IMG/VR virus record: IMGVR_UViG_3300025601_000016
Coordinates: 6,867 to 70,866 of that record
Origin: a virus
Strand: one strand, 5' to 3'
DNA: 64,000 bases
Under the pieces are notes generated by a model that did not search any database, was not told the origin of the DNA, and saw only the letters and a program-made list of their open reading frames with translations. Positions 38,066 to 48,113 of the stretch are shown piece after piece (position 1 is the stretch's first letter; each line of letters starts with the position of its first letter). The translations under genes and the position numbers were made by a program.

Positions 38066-38782
38066 TTAAGTATAAAACTTAATCATATGGTTCAGCAGCA
38101 GAGCCACATTATTATCCATGAAAGTCTCTTGCTCAGTAAAGAGACCCATTGGGCCACGGATTCTTTCACCAATGGTATTCTTAGTCAAACGTGTTTGGAA
38201 AATATATTTGAACCCAAGAAGTTGATCGTCAGGTGTGATATTCAACAAGCTCGAGCTGTAAGGTTTAAGGTCATCTAGCGACATACGCTTGGTAGCAACT
38301 ACCGTTGAAAAATAGGACTCAATCCCATTGTTTTTCAATGAGCCTTTGATGGGAACAGAGACTCGATCGACAAGATGTGCGTTTTGTATACTTAAAGTAT
38401 GAGCCAACATGATTACATGCTTGTCTGTAGACGCTACAAGCTGCTGCATGAGGATCTTGAAGTATTGAGCATACTCTTGCCATGCTTGCCGGCCGTCCTT
38501 TGCTGGAATGACCAACTGGCTCTCATACATGTCCATAAGAAACGTAAGAGAGTCGATGATGATTCCATCATAGTCAGGATTACCTGTCACCAGATCAAAT
38601 GCTTCATTGACCTGATAAGGATCTGTGACGATCCCAGGCACAAAGTTATTTTTAAATGGCAGTGCTTTACCTGATTCTGTGTTTAGATAAACCCAGCGAT
38701 CTTGGTTGGGTATGTCTTTTAGACTTGCAGATTTGCCTGTAGCAGACTCACCTCCAATTAATATAAGTTGATTATGACTCAT
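38066..38782 (-). CDS. AAA/Sak4-like ATPase (N4 gp44-like)
   Basis: GESATGKS Walker A, IIIDSLT Walker B. Confidence 0.88.
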   Translation of the reverse strand: MSHNQLILIGGESATGKSASLKDIPNQDRWVYLNTESGKALPFKNNFVPGIVTDPYQVNEAFDLVTGNPDYDGIIIDSLTFLMDMYESQLVIPAKDGRQAWQEYAQYFKILMQQLVASTDKHVIMLAHTLSIQNAHLVDRVSVPIKGSLKNNGIESYFSTVVATKRMSLDDLKPYSSSLLNITPDDQLLGFKYIFQTRLTKNTIGERIRGPMGLFTEQETFMDNNVALLLNHMIKFYT

Positions 38783-38794
38783 AGTCAGATGTCC

Positions 38795-40957
38795 TCATGG
38801 TTCAGTTTTAGCTGTCTTACGTGCAACTGTTCTTAAGATTGTATGTTGAAGCTCATTGTCCGAGAGAGGATTATCAATCTTCTTATTGAACTCGATAACG
38901 CGAGATTCAATTTCTGGATAAAGCATCTTTGCATCGAACAGAGCCAAAGCGTATTTAATCATTTGGTTGTTTCGATTACCCATAACCATACGTTCAGCAA
39001 ACCAACGTTCTAGGCTATTCAGGTCTTTGAGCTCAGTCATCTGAGATTTATGATGCTCATTTCGTGAAGTCTTAGGAATGAATCTGATTGGATCCAGAAG
39101 TGTACCTTGGATATTGTAGTGATGTTGGCCTAGGTGATTGGTAAGCCATTTACGCTCACGTTGGTTTGCCCCTTCATCTATCTCAAAAGGCAACCACTCC
39201 ATGATGTTATTCATGAACTGTGTGTAGTCATCTTTGTTGAGATGGAGCTCATATTTCAGTGGCATAACGACTCTAAAACGATCAGGGCCTGTGCCGTCTT
39301 CTCTATGACGCTTAGTTGTGTACGTCATGAATGTATAATCACGCAGCATTTCATGAACCAGGTCACGAGAAGACTTACCGTCGACATCCAACACAATCAT
39401 ATTGAAGCCTTCGATAACGTTGTCACCTCTTCTGTGGTTCCCCACAAAACGATGGTTGCACCAATGGTAACCTTCAGCTTGAGTCATCAAGTGAAGATTT
39501 TCAAAAGGTTGTACTTCAGGTTCATAGTCAGATGCGTAATCTTCTGAATAAGAAAACATCATCTTGTCAAGATCAGTTTCATTCAGGGCTTCGCCAGAAA
39601 AGAATTCAATTCCTTCTGTAAAAGCCTTCTTGATCATGATATTGTTCTTATAGCCCCATGCGGTTGCAAGGGTCATGATTTCCTGACGGGCGGCGTTACC
39701 TGTTTTGTAATAAGGCAACGCTTCCGTCAGGTCAGCATGTGTGAGCTCTTGATCGTGCGCAGCAATGTACTTTGCCAGCTTTACATAAGCTTTCTCTCTG
39801 CTGAGTAGTGTCTTGAAGTCTGCTCCAGAAGATTCAACCAGGTTGATGGCATGATAGAGATTATCCATCAAGATCTCAGGAGCTTGGTCAATAAATCCAA
39901 ATACACCAGCAAGCTTCAAAGCTTTAAAATAACGGTGGTTCAGTTCAGTTTTTTCCATCTCACAATGATCAGGAAGCCTGTCTGCTTCATTCTCACAAAG
40001 AATGCGATACTCGACCAATTCAATGGCTACATTGTCTGGCAGTGACATTGTCCACATATGGTTCATAGGATCAGCAAGTTGCGTGAATGACTTACTGATG
40101 ACGTCAACCATCGAAGAAGAGTGCGAATCAATCAAGTCTTTGTAGATTTCTTCAGCAGTCATTTTATTGGAACTGCGCTCATGCACGCCCCACGCAAAAA
40201 GAAAGCGTCGGCTGTAGCCTGTTTGCAAGAACTCAAAAAACATGTCTTCAGTGTTACCACCATCCAGCAATTTGCTTGGTGTACCAAAGAGCAGCATGTT
40301 TGCTGGAGTAGGCCCATCAATGTCCTGGCCGCGGCTGTTATCTGTTGTATTCTTAGTAAGCTTTGCTTTGGTCTTACCTTTGTCAAAAAGCTCGAGAAAC
40401 GTATTGAGAATCTCTGTGTTGGCCAGAAGGTTGGAACCAACCTCATCAATTTGTAGATTGATGGCGCCTGCGTCTGCTAGCAGTAGCTTCTGTCTGAGCT
40501 GTTTGACTGCAGGTACAGTACCACTGTCAAACGTATAAGGATAAGGCCCAGCTTGGGCATATTCTTTTTCTAGGCCCTGAAGCTCAGCAGATTGATCTGT
40601 ATTTTTATAAATTGATCGGTTTGTTGAAAGCTTCAAAAGGTTCTTATCAGAGATTTCATTAAGAGTTGCTTCAATGAATCGGGTTTTAAATCCGTCCATG
40701 AAGTAGTCTTCGATAATGCTAACAGAATGCCCTTTACCAAAACCAGATGTGGCTAGACCCAGTGCATAAATGTTTACTGGTATGTCTCCGCGGTCTTTAG
40801 TCTTGATCTGGGCTCTCATAGTAGAAGCCATCTTTGCAAGAAAGTAAGCGACTTCGACTCTAAAGAAATTACGGTTTTGGTTCTGTGTCTTTTTGCAGAT
40901 GATATTTACCATCTCTTCCAGCACAGGATGATCTGTCAAAGAGTCAAAGTCTCTCAT
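38795..40957 (-). CDS. DNA primase (N4 gp43-like)
   Basis: SGFGKG P-loop, DEVG, primase motifs LDVD and YTTKRH, GNRNN. Confidence 0.9.
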   Translation of the reverse strand: MRDFDSLTDHPVLEEMVNIICKKTQNQNRNFFRVEVAYFLAKMASTMRAQIKTKDRGDIPVNIYALGLATSGFGKGHSVSIIEDYFMDGFKTRFIEATLNEISDKNLLKLSTNRSIYKNTDQSAELQGLEKEYAQAGPYPYTFDSGTVPAVKQLRQKLLLADAGAINLQIDEVGSNLLANTEILNTFLELFDKGKTKAKLTKNTTDNSRGQDIDGPTPANMLLFGTPSKLLDGGNTEDMFFEFLQTGYSRRFLFAWGVHERSSNKMTAEEIYKDLIDSHSSSMVDVISKSFTQLADPMNHMWTMSLPDNVAIELVEYRILCENEADRLPDHCEMEKTELNHRYFKALKLAGVFGFIDQAPEILMDNLYHAINLVESSGADFKTLLSREKAYVKLAKYIAAHDQELTHADLTEALPYYKTGNAARQEIMTLATAWGYKNNIMIKKAFTEGIEFFSGEALNETDLDKMMFSYSEDYASDYEPEVQPFENLHLMTQAEGYHWCNHRFVGNHRRGDNVIEGFNMIVLDVDGKSSRDLVHEMLRDYTFMTYTTKRHREDGTGPDRFRVVMPLKYELHLNKDDYTQFMNNIMEWLPFEIDEGANQRERKWLTNHLGQHHYNIQGTLLDPIRFIPKTSRNEHHKSQMTELKDLNSLERWFAERMVMGNRNNQMIKYALALFDAKMLYPEIESRVIEFNKKIDNPLSDNELQHTILRTVARKTAKTEP

Positions 40958-40987
40958 TTCATTTACCCTAATTTTAATTGGATTTAG

Positions 40988-41998
40988 TTAGATGTACTCA
41001 AGTCTTTGAGTACAAAGCGGAGCTGCGTCACAATAATTACAACGCTTAACCTCACCAGGAGAAGTGATAACAATCCCTTTTCCTGCTTTAGTTTTATGGT
41101 TTAGTGCCTCAGCATAGTTATCAAAGTTCTTTGTAGCCCGAGCAAGTTTGTCTGGGTTAGCATAGTACTTATGGACATCCTCTGAACGCCAAAGCTCTTC
41201 ATCAGTACAACGAATCATATCAGACTCGCTAGCAAAGCCTGCGTTCTGTTCGATCTCGTCTAACTTAGCGATGATGAATTTCTCAGCATCAGCTGGCTGA
41301 TAAAGATTCACTGGCATTTCCATAACTGGATTTGGTGGATAGTTGTCTCTTCCTACATCACGCTGCAGCCAGTCTGTGAGAATGAAGTTGATGATACCCA
41401 TATTGGATGTGATGATGTCTTCATTCAGCCATTTGTAACAAGCCATTTGTAGGGCGTAATCGCCTTTTTCAGTTTGATCCATTTTCATATAGCTGTAGAC
41501 GCCCGTTGATTTGTTATCTTCAGGTTGTCCATTAATGACTTGATCAAATTTACCGCTGATCCACATTGTAGTTCCTGCAGAAGTTTTAACTTTACGGTAA
41601 GCCCTTTGCTCAATGTAGATTGGAATGCAGTCTGGTCTGTCTTCAAGCATCTTCTTAGTTGGGTTAAGCACAAGCTTGTCTACAACCCCCGAAGGAAAGC
41701 CAATGCTCTTAAGAATCACATCTTTATTTGGATTCTCAAAAGCAGCCTCAATGGCTGAATGAATTGCCTGACCAATGCGTGATTTAGTCAGTTTAATTAT
41801 CTCAATTTCGTTATTTTTGTCTGGCAAACGATGACCCAGTATCAAAGCCTTAGTTGGCTTCAGTAGCTGAGTTACACTTAGTATTGGTAAACCGTCTTTT
41901 GGTGCACCAACTGGGATATGATCATAAGTATCTGTAGCCAACCAAAGTGCCATTGTCAGGTTCAAATTAGTTGAGTTAATGAGAGTTGTCTTGCCCAT
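40988..41998 (-). CDS. PD-(D/E)XK/Cas4-like exonuclease (N4 gp42-like)
   Basis: IGQAIH, SGKFD...DNKST, Q...Y, C-terminal CxxCxxxxxC. Confidence 0.85.
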   Translation of the reverse strand: MGKTTLINSTNLNLTMALWLATDTYDHIPVGAPKDGLPILSVTQLLKPTKALILGHRLPDKNNEIEIIKLTKSRIGQAIHSAIEAAFENPNKDVILKSIGFPSGVVDKLVLNPTKKMLEDRPDCIPIYIEQRAYRKVKTSAGTTMWISGKFDQVINGQPEDNKSTGVYSYMKMDQTEKGDYALQMACYKWLNEDIITSNMGIINFILTDWLQRDVGRDNYPPNPVMEMPVNLYQPADAEKFIIAKLDEIEQNAGFASESDMIRCTDEELWRSEDVHKYYANPDKLARATKNFDNYAEALNHKTKAGKGIVITSPGEVKRCNYCDAAPLCTQRLEYI

Positions 41999-42008
41999 AG
42001 CCAGGATC

Positions 42009-42329
42009 CTATTCTTGGGTTTCTTCTTGGCCCTCAGTGAAATATGTGTGCTCGGACATCATGCCCATGTACATCAAATTAAGGACGATAAAATCAGCGA
42101 TCTGATCTGTATCTACTTTATATTGTTCTTTCATTCTGAGCAAAGAAAGATTGCGAATATCGCCCAAATCTTTGGCGGTAATCTTACGCTTTTTAGGTGT
42201 GATCAGTACGTTTAGTTTTTGGCTTCTGAGTGTGGGATCTGCACCCTGCACTTTTGCTGGCTGAATAAAATGAATTTCAATGGTAGCCATATACCAATGG
42301 GTTTCTACGAAGGAGAGTTTCTTTTTCAT
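42009..42329 (-). CDS. conserved N4-like hypothetical protein
   Basis: follows DNA polymerase; NLMYMG.MS motif. Confidence 0.7.
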   Translation of the reverse strand: MKKKLSFVETHWYMATIEIHFIQPAKVQGADPTLRSQKLNVLITPKKRKITAKDLGDIRNLSLLRMKEQYKVDTDQIADFIVLNLMYMGMMSEHTYFTEGQEETQE

Positions 42330-44968
42330 GGGTTTACTTTCAGTGAATTAAGAAATGCGTAAACATCATCGTATGATGCATCGTTTTGCAGTTTATGTTC
42401 TTCAGCCCATGTTGGATAAAAGACTGAAACTGCACCTGATAACTTAACATCAGGATGTTTGATATCAGGATGCTTTTGCCATTGCACACATTCAACAATG
42501 TTTTGATTGAACCAGTTTAATACAGAAGCATTATCTCTAACTAAATAATACTGAGCATCATGGATCTGGCAAGAAATTCTAATTTCTGATTGAAGATCTC
42601 CTCCTCTTACGCGTTCCATAAACTCAGACGCTGCACGATTGTTCAGCAAGCCCCAGGACTGGCCTAAAGCATTGCCGGCCGTACGAGCCTCTGCTTTGGC
42701 TTGATGAGGCGTGTGGCGCTTTGTCATGACTACCTGATTGAGTATAGGTGTTCTGACTCGCAGACCGAATGCCGCAGTTACGTAACCTGTATTAGCTGCT
42801 TCGTTGATTTTAGCCTCAATGAAAGCATCAGATACTTTATAAAGCTCGTGATAGTTTATCTCAATTTGATCAGCCATAATTGCATCAAATCCGCAATTAT
42901 TCATCAGTCCATGTCTAGTACCTCCATACGTTAACAAGAACGTTGGAGCCTTAGACATTTGCCTAAGCTCAGGATACTTGCTTTCGATAGAGTTGATGCT
43001 TGCTACAGAGCTTGAATCAATGTCTGGCATCTGGTCACCAAAGTATGAATGAGCTCTGAGACAGTGACCATCATAACCGTCAGTATAGACTTTCAGTTTG
43101 TTTGGATCTTTAGTTAGCAAAGCAGAAATCTTGTCTTCTAGCGAGTCAAAATCAAGACCAACAAAAAGCCAGCCCTCAGGTGCTTTGATGCATCGTTTGA
43201 TGTACTTAGCCAGACGAGATTTAGAAGGTATGTTCTGCAAGTTTGGATTAGAAGAACTCAGTCTTCCAGACACAGTCCCACCGATATTAAAATTACCATG
43301 CATATAATAATTACCGTCTGGTGCTTTTCTGGCTCCTTCAAGAGCTGGAATAAAAGTCGACAGTAGAATGCCGCTGTCTTTGAGATCCAGCAAAGCATTA
43401 AGCAAGCTTAGAACGTCAGGATTTTTTGTATGGTTCCTTAGATCTTTGATATACTTACTTTTGGTAGATGGTGCACCTGAAGCAGTTTCGCCTAGTATAG
43501 GTAATCCAAGAAACTCAGGAGAATAAAGAAGCCCAGAAAGCTGCAAGTCGCTATCCGGATTAAACTCCAGTTTAATTTGAGAAACATCAGTACGCTTCTT
43601 TTTCCATTTGCTATGCAGTTCTTCAACTTTTTTCTCCTTCAGATAATAAGTGTAGTCTTTGACTACAGTATTATTGAGAATTGTCTGAACAGCAGTTTCT
43701 TTGATAACTGTCAGATCTTTTTTTGAAATAATTACCTGGTTCATATCAACAGGTAGACCGTTCAGTTGCATGTCTACGATATCAACAAGAGAAGGCAAGA
43801 ATATCTGCCTGTATATTTCTTCCTGGTTTTCTTCCACCATCAAAGGATAGTTTTTGTTGTACACAAACCAAGTTGAGAAACAGTCAATAAGGTTATACTC
43901 AAGAAGCTCTGCTACAGGTATCTTGGTAACATCTTTGATTTCATCAACAGCATAGTTACCAGCAAACTCAACTGCCTGCTGCTTTAAGCCAAGCTTGTTG
44001 CCGGCACATGAGTTTGTGGCCAAATAACTGATAATTTTAGTGTCTTCAAAACAAGAATTCACAACGACATCATTAAATATAATGTCTCTTGAGCTATCAA
44101 TACTTTCTGAAACACTCGCCAATTGATGAACCAATACAGTTAAATCAAAAGCTGCATTATGGAATATCAGTCTTAGCTTAGACTGTGTGCTATTCGAATT
44201 AATAGACCTGTTAGTTAGCCAAAAAATAAGTTGTTCTCGAACTTCATAATTATAAAATCCAGGAGCATGGTCTACTTGAAAAGCAATTCCTTCATTCTCA
44301 TTCCAAGCAAACGCGATAGAAGCTATGCCGGCGTCATGCATATCCAAACTAAATGTCTCAATGTCACAGGTTAGATTTTGGATTTCTGAAATTGAACTTA
44401 AAGCATTTCGAATTTCTTGATATGTTTGTGGGTAATAACAAAATTTAGTAATGTTCTTGCCTGGATCCACATAGACTTGATTACGATCAGCAAGAAGAGA
44501 CTGCATGGCAATCTGAATGCCTTGCTCAGTTTTTACTGGGTCATAAAATGACATCTTATAATTAGGCACATAAAGTACACTGATGTCTTGATGATCTGGA
44601 AAGTGAGACGTGGATGGAGTAAACAATGTGCCTACTTCTTCTGACGCTTTAGGTGAACCTGTCAGTGTCTTAAAATAATCTGGCTGGCTAACCAAAACAT
44701 GCATAATACCGATGTCTTTGAGAATAGAAAGAAGCTCTCCAAAAAACGATCTTTGTTCGTCTACAGAAAGTGGTTTTCTTTTTTTGCCGTTTTTAGACAT
44801 AGTATATGGAAGCTTATAAGCGACAGCTTCTTTGATTATTTCTGGGTCAGCACCCACATGAATAAGACCATTATCAAAGTAGCTTTTTTTCATCTCATCA
44901 TGATTAAGATCATAAGCGAGAATCGCTATTTTGAATTCTGGATCATGATGAAATGTGATGTATTGCAT
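42326..44968 (-). CDS. family A DNA polymerase (N4 gp39-like)
   Basis: exonuclease CDIET and FHNAAFD; SGRLSS; motif A DFDSLE; motif B R..SK..TF...YG; motif C IHDA. Confidence 0.96.
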   Translation of the reverse strand: MQYITFHHDPEFKIAILAYDLNHDEMKKSYFDNGLIHVGADPEIIKEAVAYKLPYTMSKNGKKRKPLSVDEQRSFFGELLSILKDIGIMHVLVSQPDYFKTLTGSPKASEEVGTLFTPSTSHFPDHQDISVLYVPNYKMSFYDPVKTEQGIQIAMQSLLADRNQVYVDPGKNITKFCYYPQTYQEIRNALSSISEIQNLTCDIETFSLDMHDAGIASIAFAWNENEGIAFQVDHAPGFYNYEVREQLIFWLTNRSINSNSTQSKLRLIFHNAAFDLTVLVHQLASVSESIDSSRDIIFNDVVVNSCFEDTKIISYLATNSCAGNKLGLKQQAVEFAGNYAVDEIKDVTKIPVAELLEYNLIDCFSTWFVYNKNYPLMVEENQEEIYRQIFLPSLVDIVDMQLNGLPVDMNQVIISKKDLTVIKETAVQTILNNTVVKDYTYYLKEKKVEELHSKWKKKRTDVSQIKLEFNPDSDLQLSGLLYSPEFLGLPILGETASGAPSTKSKYIKDLRNHTKNPDVLSLLNALLDLKDSGILLSTFIPALEGARKAPDGNYYMHGNFNIGGTVSGRLSSSNPNLQNIPSKSRLAKYIKRCIKAPEGWLFVGLDFDSLEDKISALLTKDPNKLKVYTDGYDGHCLRAHSYFGDQMPDIDSSSVASINSIESKYPELRQMSKAPTFLLTYGGTRHGLMNNCGFDAIMADQIEINYHELYKVSDAFIEAKINEAANTGYVTAAFGLRVRTPILNQVVMTKRHTPHQAKAEARTAGNALGQSWGLLNNRAASEFMERVRGGDLQSEIRISCQIHDAQYYLVRDNASVLNWFNQNIVECVQWQKHPDIKHPDVKLSGAVSVFYPTWAEEHKLQNDASYDDVYAFLNSLKVNP

Positions 44969-45552
44969 TAGGTGGTAATCCTACGAAAAAGAAATCGTTT
45001 AAGAGGTTCATTGACACGATCGTAATGAAGAAAGAAGTTGGACTTCTTTGAATCATCACGACTGTATTTCAATTTTGTTTTGCCAACAGGATCGTTTGCT
45101 TCAATGAAATTCTCAAACACCTTAAGGGAATGAGAAAACGTTGATAGTTGGTCTGGCATATTGGCTACATACTCAACAGGATTATTTGCAAGGTTGCTTA
45201 ACTGAGTCAGAAAATGAGCCATGTAAGTCATATACTGAGGTATGTCTGTCCGGTTGTCTTTAAGGTATTGAGCCTTGTCTTCGAGTTCAGGAGCAATTGG
45301 GCTGATACCTATTTGTTTGTATGTTGCACTGACAGCAAAGAGTTCAGACTTGTAATAAAACCCTAAGGGAGATCCGCCGTACTTGAGATGATTTTCATTT
45401 ACAAGCTCTGCGGTCTCTGTAGCGACAAGAGAGTTTTCTTTTTCACCTAGTGTAATAAGAAGCTCCTTGTGAATTAAGCGCCCCATATTACCACCTATGT
45501 AAACATCTCTAATCTCTTTCATAGTAAATTGGTCTATTCCGGTGAACCACAT
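44968..45552 (-). CDS. N4 gp38-like hypothetical protein
   Basis: between helicase and polymerase; coupled stops and starts. Confidence 0.7.
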   Translation of the reverse strand: MWFTGIDQFTMKEIRDVYIGGNMGRLIHKELLITLGEKENSLVATETAELVNENHLKYGGSPLGFYYKSELFAVSATYKQIGISPIAPELEDKAQYLKDNRTDIPQYMTYMAHFLTQLSNLANNPVEYVANMPDQLSTFSHSLKVFENFIEANDPVGKTKLKYSRDDSKKSNFFLHYDRVNEPLKRFLFRRITT

Positions 45553-46898
45553 TACAGATAAATTCCTCTTTTGTTTTGATGGATCCCTTTATCATAGACA
45601 TACACTTTTTTCTTGGCCCGAGAGGCTCCAACATACAGCATACGGCGTAGTTGATTTGAATCAGTGGATGTAAAGATATCGTCCATGATCATAATTACAG
45701 AATCATAAGTCGACCCTTGTGCTTTATACACAGTGGCCGCTTCTCTGTTTCTAAGATCAATAAATGTTTCTTGTAGCTTGTAGAAAGCCCTCCACTGTTT
45801 ATTATTTTTAAAATGTTTTAAAAGACGATCATATTCTAATCTGCTCTCAGGAACATAAACAGAAGTGCGTGTACTAGAGTGAGATGAGACATCTAAGCTA
45901 TAAGCGCCTAGGTAGTTGTCTCTATCCACTTTGACCATTTCTGGCCCCAGAACGTTATGTACAAAAAGCTCTTCTTCAACACTGAAGCTAGTGCTAGGTC
46001 CTACAGAAAAATGGTTATTGCAGATCAAATATTCACCACCAACAGGATGAGAGGGCAGTCCTCTCAAATTTCTGATGTGATCATTATATCCAATTACAGT
46101 ATTATTTGTGTATGCAAGTATCCTACAAGAGAGCTCTTGGTCGTCAGACTTTACGGACCCTCCGGGTCCGTAAATCTGATCGACCAAAGCTCTCAATTGG
46201 TCACCATCAACGTGCTCAATCTCTCCAGGAACTTCACACCAATGAGTGAGACTTTGTCTGTCTGTTCCGTTGACAATGTCTTTCCTGAGACGATCACATA
46301 GATCCATAAGCCCTGGCGATTCGGCATTGCGTACAGGTGTAGTAATTTCGTAATGGAGGTGTGGGTAGTCGGCTAGCCGTACAGCAGGGCTTAATTGCTC
46401 CATGACAGGAGCCAGTTGGTTCTTGTCACCAATGTAGATGATCTTGCAAGAAGAGTCAGTTGCTTCCTGGATCAGGTTGTAGAGGTTTTGTTCAATCATA
46501 GAGGCTTCATCAATGAAGATAATTTCATTGTCATGAACTCTCCATTTGTTATTTTTAGTCAGAAGTGTTTGACCTGTACTAAAGTCTTTACGCGGAGCCA
46601 CTCCAAGAAAAGAGTGGATAGTAGAAGCAAAGCGTTCTGTTGCTTCAGAAAGTACAGCAGCAGCTTTGTTTGTCGTGCTAGTTAGGATGATTTCTTTTCG
46701 AGCGTTTTCATTCTTACCCATGGCAGCGTTGTAGTTTTTAATTGTTTGAAGCAGAGTGTCGGCAAGCTCTTTTGTAGTAAAAGTCTTGCCAACACCTGGA
46801 GCCCCAGTAAGAAAAAACTCTTTACTTTGACCAACAATAAACGCGGCGATGCTGTTAACTGCTTGTTGTTGATCCGCGTTCAATGTAGGTCGAGTCAT
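45552..46898 (-). CDS. Dda-like SF1 DNA helicase (N4 gp37-like)
   Basis: GAPGVGKT, IDEASM, GDKNQL, KAQGST, YVGASRA. Confidence 0.93.
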   Translation of the reverse strand: MTRPTLNADQQQAVNSIAAFIVGQSKEFFLTGAPGVGKTFTTKELADTLLQTIKNYNAAMGKNENARKEIILTSTTNKAAAVLSEATERFASTIHSFLGVAPRKDFSTGQTLLTKNNKWRVHDNEIIFIDEASMIEQNLYNLIQEATDSSCKIIYIGDKNQLAPVMEQLSPAVRLADYPHLHYEITTPVRNAESPGLMDLCDRLRKDIVNGTDRQSLTHWCEVPGEIEHVDGDQLRALVDQIYGPGGSVKSDDQELSCRILAYTNNTVIGYNDHIRNLRGLPSHPVGGEYLICNNHFSVGPSTSFSVEEELFVHNVLGPEMVKVDRDNYLGAYSLDVSSHSSTRTSVYVPESRLEYDRLLKHFKNNKQWRAFYKLQETFIDLRNREAATVYKAQGSTYDSVIMIMDDIFTSTDSNQLRRMLYVGASRAKKKVYVYDKGIHQNKRGIYL

Positions 46899-46900
46899 TT

Positions 46901-48103
46901 TTAATCCTCGTCGTTAATATAAACCAACGTTCCATATGGAACTGTTGCGTTTGGGTTATTAGTACAGATCCAAATCAAAGGAACCGAAGGAGCTTTTGAT
47001 GGAATGCTGACAAACATATCTGTGAAAATTACAACCGCGGTGGGTTCGTTTTTCTCGATATGTTTATAGATTTCTTTGAGGCAAGTACCGCCTCGGCCGG
47101 TGACTTGAATATTGTCAAATTCATCATCAGCTTCAAAGACATACTCTTCATGGATCTTTGTATCAAAGGTCACAAGCGTAAGCTTCTCAGGATTGTAAGT
47201 GTCTTTAATGTACTTAACTTCTGAGTTAAAACGAACAATGTCTTTCTCAGAAATTGAACCAGAAATATCAAGATAATAGATCAAATGATCCAAGCCATGA
47301 GAGTTAGTTCGGCCTGGTAAAATCGGATCGTCGTACCTTCGATTAATAGCTTTATAAGAATATTCTTGATCGGAAAGTGATTCAAAAAACATCAACAGAA
47401 TTTCTTGCCAAGGAAGTTTGGGATTCAGAAACTTGTTGATCATTTGCTGGATCTCACCAGGAATAGACCCAGCTTGATTATTCATCTTTGCAATCGTAGC
47501 AGCATCCATGACGTTGCCTTGAGCTTTATTCTGGATCTGCGAAGGCGTCATACCTTTTGTAATGCTATCAGGCCCGCTCCCAGGGATAGAGAAATCTCCT
47601 CCCTGAGGGTTGTTAGGCATATTAGCTCCGGCTTCACGTTTACTGTGCAAGTCATCATAGACCTGCTCAGTAGTCATATTTTTATAAGCAGGATCCATCA
47701 AATAAGGGAAACCTGACATATCAAAATTATGATCTTGCAGCATGTTGTTGATCACATGATCAGCCGCGGCATTGTAGTCTTCAAAGTGTCTGTTACCTGC
47801 ACGCAGCATGTGCTGAAAAGCAATGTGCCAGCCTTCATGGGCTAGCACAGTTACTCGAGACTTCTGGTTCAAAGACAAAAAGAACTCTGGGTTCCATGCC
47901 ATAAACACACCATTGGTGCACGCAGTTGGAATGGAACGATCCCATTCAAATTCGATCGTAGCGATCAAAGATGACAGAAACCCTGAGTTCTTCTCAAAGA
48001 AAAGCTGCACTTTGGTTCTATCCAAAGCTTTGTTGAGAGTAATAATCTCACCTGCAGTCAAAGGCTTTTCAGATACAAAATCTGATGGATCGAAACTAGG
48101 CAT
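46901..48103 (-). CDS. metallopeptidase-like plus vWA domain protein (N4 gp25-like)
   Basis: TACTNG, HEGWH, DISGS (MIDAS), GRGGT, FTD. Confidence 0.9.
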   Translation of the reverse strand: MPSFDPSDFVSEKPLTAGEIITLNKALDRTKVQLFFEKNSGFLSSLIATIEFEWDRSIPTACTNGVFMAWNPEFFLSLNQKSRVTVLAHEGWHIAFQHMLRAGNRHFEDYNAAADHVINNMLQDHNFDMSGFPYLMDPAYKNMTTEQVYDDLHSKREAGANMPNNPQGGDFSIPGSGPDSITKGMTPSQIQNKAQGNVMDAATIAKMNNQAGSIPGEIQQMINKFLNPKLPWQEILLMFFESLSDQEYSYKAINRRYDDPILPGRTNSHGLDHLIYYLDISGSISEKDIVRFNSEVKYIKDTYNPEKLTLVTFDTKIHEEYVFEADDEFDNIQVTGRGGTCLKEIYKHIEKNEPTAVVIFTDMFVSIPSKAPSVPLIWICTNNPNATVPYGTLVYINDED

Positions 48104-48113
48104 AACTAACTCC

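Noticed and set aside
40988-41998. Cas4-like nuclease as a sign of a CRISPR system
   Set aside because: Conserved N4 gp42-like replication-module gene; no array or other cas genes.
42326-44968. Introns or inteins in DNA polymerase, terminase or vRNAP
   Set aside because: Frames are continuous, polymerase and terminase have normal lengths, and I saw no intein splice or LAGLIDADG motifs.
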